Shown: positions 25,905-28,487 of the stretch, one piece after another
Layout: each line of letters begins with the position of its first letter
Numbering within the stretch: the first letter of the stretch is position 1
Origin: a virus
Lineage: Duplodnaviria > Caudoviricetes
Strand: one strand, 5' to 3'
DNA length: 28,487 bases
Virus record (IMG/VR): IMGVR_UViG_3300043442_000575
Location: 1-28,487 of that record
Notes under the pieces: model-generated
What the model was told of the DNA's origin: nothing
Database searches by the model: none
What the model saw: only the letters and a program-made list of their open reading frames with translations
Translations under genes and position numbers: made by a program

Positions 25905-25939
25905 AGTGTAAGAGCGCGGGGGGGTCCGGCTCTTACACT
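25905..25939. promoter_or_regulatory. Inverted repeat AGTGTAAGAGC-N13-GCTCTTACACT (operator or hairpin)
   Basis: Perfect 11-bp arms between the replication gene and the 110-aa gene. Confidence 0.55.
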
Positions 25940-25960
25940 AAGGGGGTCCTCATAGAAGAG

Positions 25961-28087
25961 CTATTGAGAGAGTTCGAGCATCAAGGCATCAATGTTTTGC
26001 CGGTGCTTCGCACGAGCCTTGCCCGCCGTGCTGCGAGCGTTCTTCGCCGCCCGTGCTGACTTACAGGTGGGGATACGGCCGTCCTCAATGCCCTCCGAGA
26101 CGACCACCACGGTATCTACCGGGAGGACATGCCCCTCGACACCGAGGGGGTATTCACGCTCCACGACCTCTTGCCCCCCCAAGGCTTCGGCCACCACATC
26201 GTTGACCTTGCCCGGTCGCCAAGTGGTGAGGGACACACGCCGGGGGTCGGTCGAAGGGCGAGGGTCGGTCGAAGGGGTCGCACCACTTCCCTGTTCGCCC
26301 TCTTCGGGCTCTTGCTTGCCCGACCGCCCGAGCAGGAAGTTCTGCAAGGCGTAGACCGCCTTCTGCATGGCAGACGGCCCCGTGAGCATCTGTTGCCCAC
26401 GAACGGGGACTTCACGCCATGCGGCCAAGTCCACCTCCGCGAACACGTCGCCCACCAAGGCATCCACCTCGTCGGCGGTCGCCGGGCGAACGTCGCCCCC
26501 GTGGGCCTCCAAGAGGTCATGCAGAGTGCCGCCTTCACGGGGCTCCGAGTTCGGCCCCCACACGCAAATCAGGTGGAACTCCGCCGGGGTCGGTGCGACC
26601 TTGGCCCACACGAACTCGGTGGTGGCTTCGAGGCGCCGAAGCGCCATAGCCATGCCGCTCGACCAAACCGAGTCCACAACCCGAATGGAGGCCACCCGGA
26701 GGCCAAAATCGTTACGAGAATATATAGAAGAAGATACCTTATATTCTCGTAACGATTTCTCAGAAGTGAGCCTTCCAAGGTAGTTTTTCAGCCATGCCTT
26801 CATGGCGGCTTGGAGGGCGTCCACCATGGTAGGCCCGCAGGAAGGGCAGCCGAAGTTCCAGCAACCCATCTTGTTGTGGCGCACGACCCCTTGGGTTCGG
26901 GGGCCGTTCACCAAGGCCGTCGTGAGCCACGGGGCACGGTTGCAGGCGAGGGTCCAGGTGGGCCGATAGCTGAACATGGCCTCGGTGGCCACGGCCTTCA
27001 GGTGCTCCTCGGCGTCAATGGGGGCCCATTCCTCAACCACCCCACCGAGCATGGCCTCAACCCCACGGTCCACGGCGGCTTGGTCCACGGCCTCATCCCC
27101 CTGCAACCGGCGAAGCTCTTGGACTGCACGGCCCCGGTCCTCGTTGTCTTCCCGGCGCAGCTCCCTCGGGTCGATGGCGATACCCCCACCGGGGACCGTG
27201 GGGGGCTCCACAGGGCCCGGGGGGCGGCCCTTGGCCGCGACCACGCCCTCGGGCGCGTACAGGCGAACCTTGGCGGCTCCACGGCAGTCTGCGTGGAAGC
27301 AGGCCATGGTGGAGGTGTACTTCGTGGACCGCACCAAGGTCTTGTTGCCGCACTCGGGGCAACGCTGGCGAGCACCCGACGCCGTGTTGATCCCGGCCCA
27401 CTTCGGGTCCTTGAAGTCAATAGCTGCCCAAGCCTCCTCGCCCCCGCCTGCACGGCTGCCCTGCATCTCTTGCCACACGGCATGGGGGAGAACGTGCAGC
27501 GCCTTGAAGAACTTGTCGAAGGTCACCGCTTGCAGGGTGTCGGCCCCCGACAAGCACCCCTCCCACCGGTACACGGTCGGCATGATGCCGGGCTTGGCGT
27601 AGCGGGAGCCCGGCAGAATGGCGCAGGTCTTGGGTCCGCGCAGGTCCACGCAGGAGGCGGTCTTGCCGTCTACCTTGCGGAACTCACCCCACATGGGGGC
27701 ATCTCCACTGGCGTAACCGCCCCGGTCCTCACACTTGAAGTAGAGTTGGAGCCCACGCCCGGTCTTGACCGCCGGAATGTAGAGAACGTGCAGGCGCAAC
27801 TGAAGCCAGCGGAGCACGGCATCCACCTTCGCCTCGTCGTCTATGTCCACGACGCACAGCCTCCACCCAGGGCCGTCCAAGAGCATGCCGGCGCCGTCGC
27901 ACCCGTCCTTGGCGAACAGGTTGAACCGGGCGAGGTCCGTATGGCACGGCTTCGCCCCCCATAGGTGGGCGTATTGCACGCCGGGGCACGGCTTCCGGTC
28001 AAGCAGGGGGACTACGGTTGCCCGGCCCTCGGCCCATTCAAGGGCTTCGTGGTAGCGTGTCGCACCGGTCACAGTTATAGTGGCCAT
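25961..28087 (-). CDS. Replication protein: N-terminal bifunctional primase-polymerase (Prim-Pol) domain, Zn ribbon, unassigned C-terminal domain (708 aa)
   Basis: RBS GGGAG before ATG 28087; VVPL..RKP, VVDIDD, KTGRGLQLYF, DLRG....ILPGS Prim-Pol motifs; CPEC..CFHADC and C..CWNFGCPSC clusters; no Walker A seen. Confidence 0.75.
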   Translation of the reverse strand: MATITVTGATRYHEALEWAEGRATVVPLLDRKPCPGVQYAHLWGAKPCHTDLARFNLFAKDGCDGAGMLLDGPGWRLCVVDIDDEAKVDAVLRWLQLRLHVLYIPAVKTGRGLQLYFKCEDRGGYASGDAPMWGEFRKVDGKTASCVDLRGPKTCAILPGSRYAKPGIMPTVYRWEGCLSGADTLQAVTFDKFFKALHVLPHAVWQEMQGSRAGGGEEAWAAIDFKDPKWAGINTASGARQRCPECGNKTLVRSTKYTSTMACFHADCRGAAKVRLYAPEGVVAAKGRPPGPVEPPTVPGGGIAIDPRELRREDNEDRGRAVQELRRLQGDEAVDQAAVDRGVEAMLGGVVEEWAPIDAEEHLKAVATEAMFSYRPTWTLACNRAPWLTTALVNGPRTQGVVRHNKMGCWNFGCPSCGPTMVDALQAAMKAWLKNYLGRLTSEKSLREYKVSSSIYSRNDFGLRVASIRVVDSVWSSGMAMALRRLEATTEFVWAKVAPTPAEFHLICVWGPNSEPREGGTLHDLLEAHGGDVRPATADEVDALVGDVFAEVDLAAWREVPVRGQQMLTGPSAMQKAVYALQNFLLGRSGKQEPEEGEQGSGATPSTDPRPSTDPRRVSLTTWRPGKVNDVVAEALGGQEVVEREYPLGVEGHVLPVDTVVVVSEGIEDGRIPTCKSARAAKNARSTAGKARAKHRQNIDALMLELSQ
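26706..26793 (+). repeat. 84-bp AT-rich palindromic element, copy 2, in-frame inside the replication gene
   Basis: Matches 15411-15494; perfect 19-bp arms AAATCGTTACGAGAATATA (26706-26724 / 26740-26758). Confidence 0.95.
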
Positions 28088-28179
28088 AGGTGTCTCCCTA
28101 TTGGTCATTGACGGCACCTTCAGCCCCACGTCGTTTGCAGCGGCGTGGGGTTTTTTTCGCACCTGCGTGGTGCGTCCAC

Positions 28180-28245
28180 AGTATAGCCCCGGGAACAGGG
28201 CTGTTGTAGGCGTTTCTTCCTATCGAAGACCCGGACTTCGATAGG
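28180..28245 (-). promoter_or_regulatory. Putative promoter of the replication gene (-10 TATACT at 28185-28180) with upstream palindrome CCTATCGAAG-N7-CTTCGATAGG (28219-28245)
   Basis: Near-consensus -10 about 95 bp upstream of the ATG; no good -35; palindrome is a variant of those at 55-81 and 412-438. Confidence 0.45.
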
Positions 28246-28246
28246 T

Positions 28247-28487
28247 TCGCCTTATGAAGCCCTCTCCCGGCCCCCCCGGCCCCGAGACTGACAACCTATG
28301 CCTATCGAGGCTCAGGTCTTCGATAGGTTCGCCTTATGATGCCCTTCCACCCTCCGGGCGGGGGGGGGCTGTATGGGGTGTAACCGCGGGAACTCCGTGC
28401 CCGTCGTCGTTCTGGGCCGGTTACGGGGGTTACACACTTCTCGCGCTTAGGGCGGGGGTGTCCATATATACTCCGCCGTCCGCCCTG
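28247..28487 (+). repeat. Right copy of direct terminal repeat (241 bp)
   Basis: Matches 1-240 with one extra G. Confidence 0.95.

Noticed and set aside
26244-26276. 18-bp-period repeat encoding PSTDPR twice in rep
   Set aside because: Short duplication in a disordered linker with no evidence of function
26706-26758. Protelomerase (telRL-type) target
   Set aside because: Arms are separated by a 15-bp non-palindromic spacer, there are two copies, and no protelomerase gene is seen
15411-26793. Diversity-generating retroelement TR/VR pair
   Set aside because: The three mismatches are not adenine-specific on either strand (T/C, A/G, G/C), and no reverse transcriptase ORF is present

Overview
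The window looks like a complete ~28.2 kb GC-rich tailed phage genome with podovirus-type (short tail plus ejection protein) architecture. It is bounded by a ~240-bp direct terminal repeat (1-240 vs 28247-28487, differing only in a G8/G9 run). A long + strand late block (1261-25303) encodes a putative small terminase with an NrdR-like Zn ribbon, large terminase, portal, a stand-alone WYL-domain protein, scaffold, major capsid, decoration protein, adaptor, nozzle, tail proteins, three ejection-type proteins and a lysis module (holin-like, small basic protein, peptidase M15 endolysin). A minimal - strand early block has only four genes: a sigma-r4-like double-HTH regulator, a Prim-Pol replication protein with two Cys clusters, and two small ORFs. 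I recognise no integrase, helicase, DNA polymerase or partition gene. The most unusual feature is an 84-bp AT-rich palindromic element present twice in direct orientation 11.3 kb apart: once in-frame inside the replication gene and once forming the 3' end of an ejection gene. Also notable are an origin-like, repeat-rich terminal region and a switch-like RNA structure before the tail genes. All product calls come from motif recognition and gene order; no database search was run.
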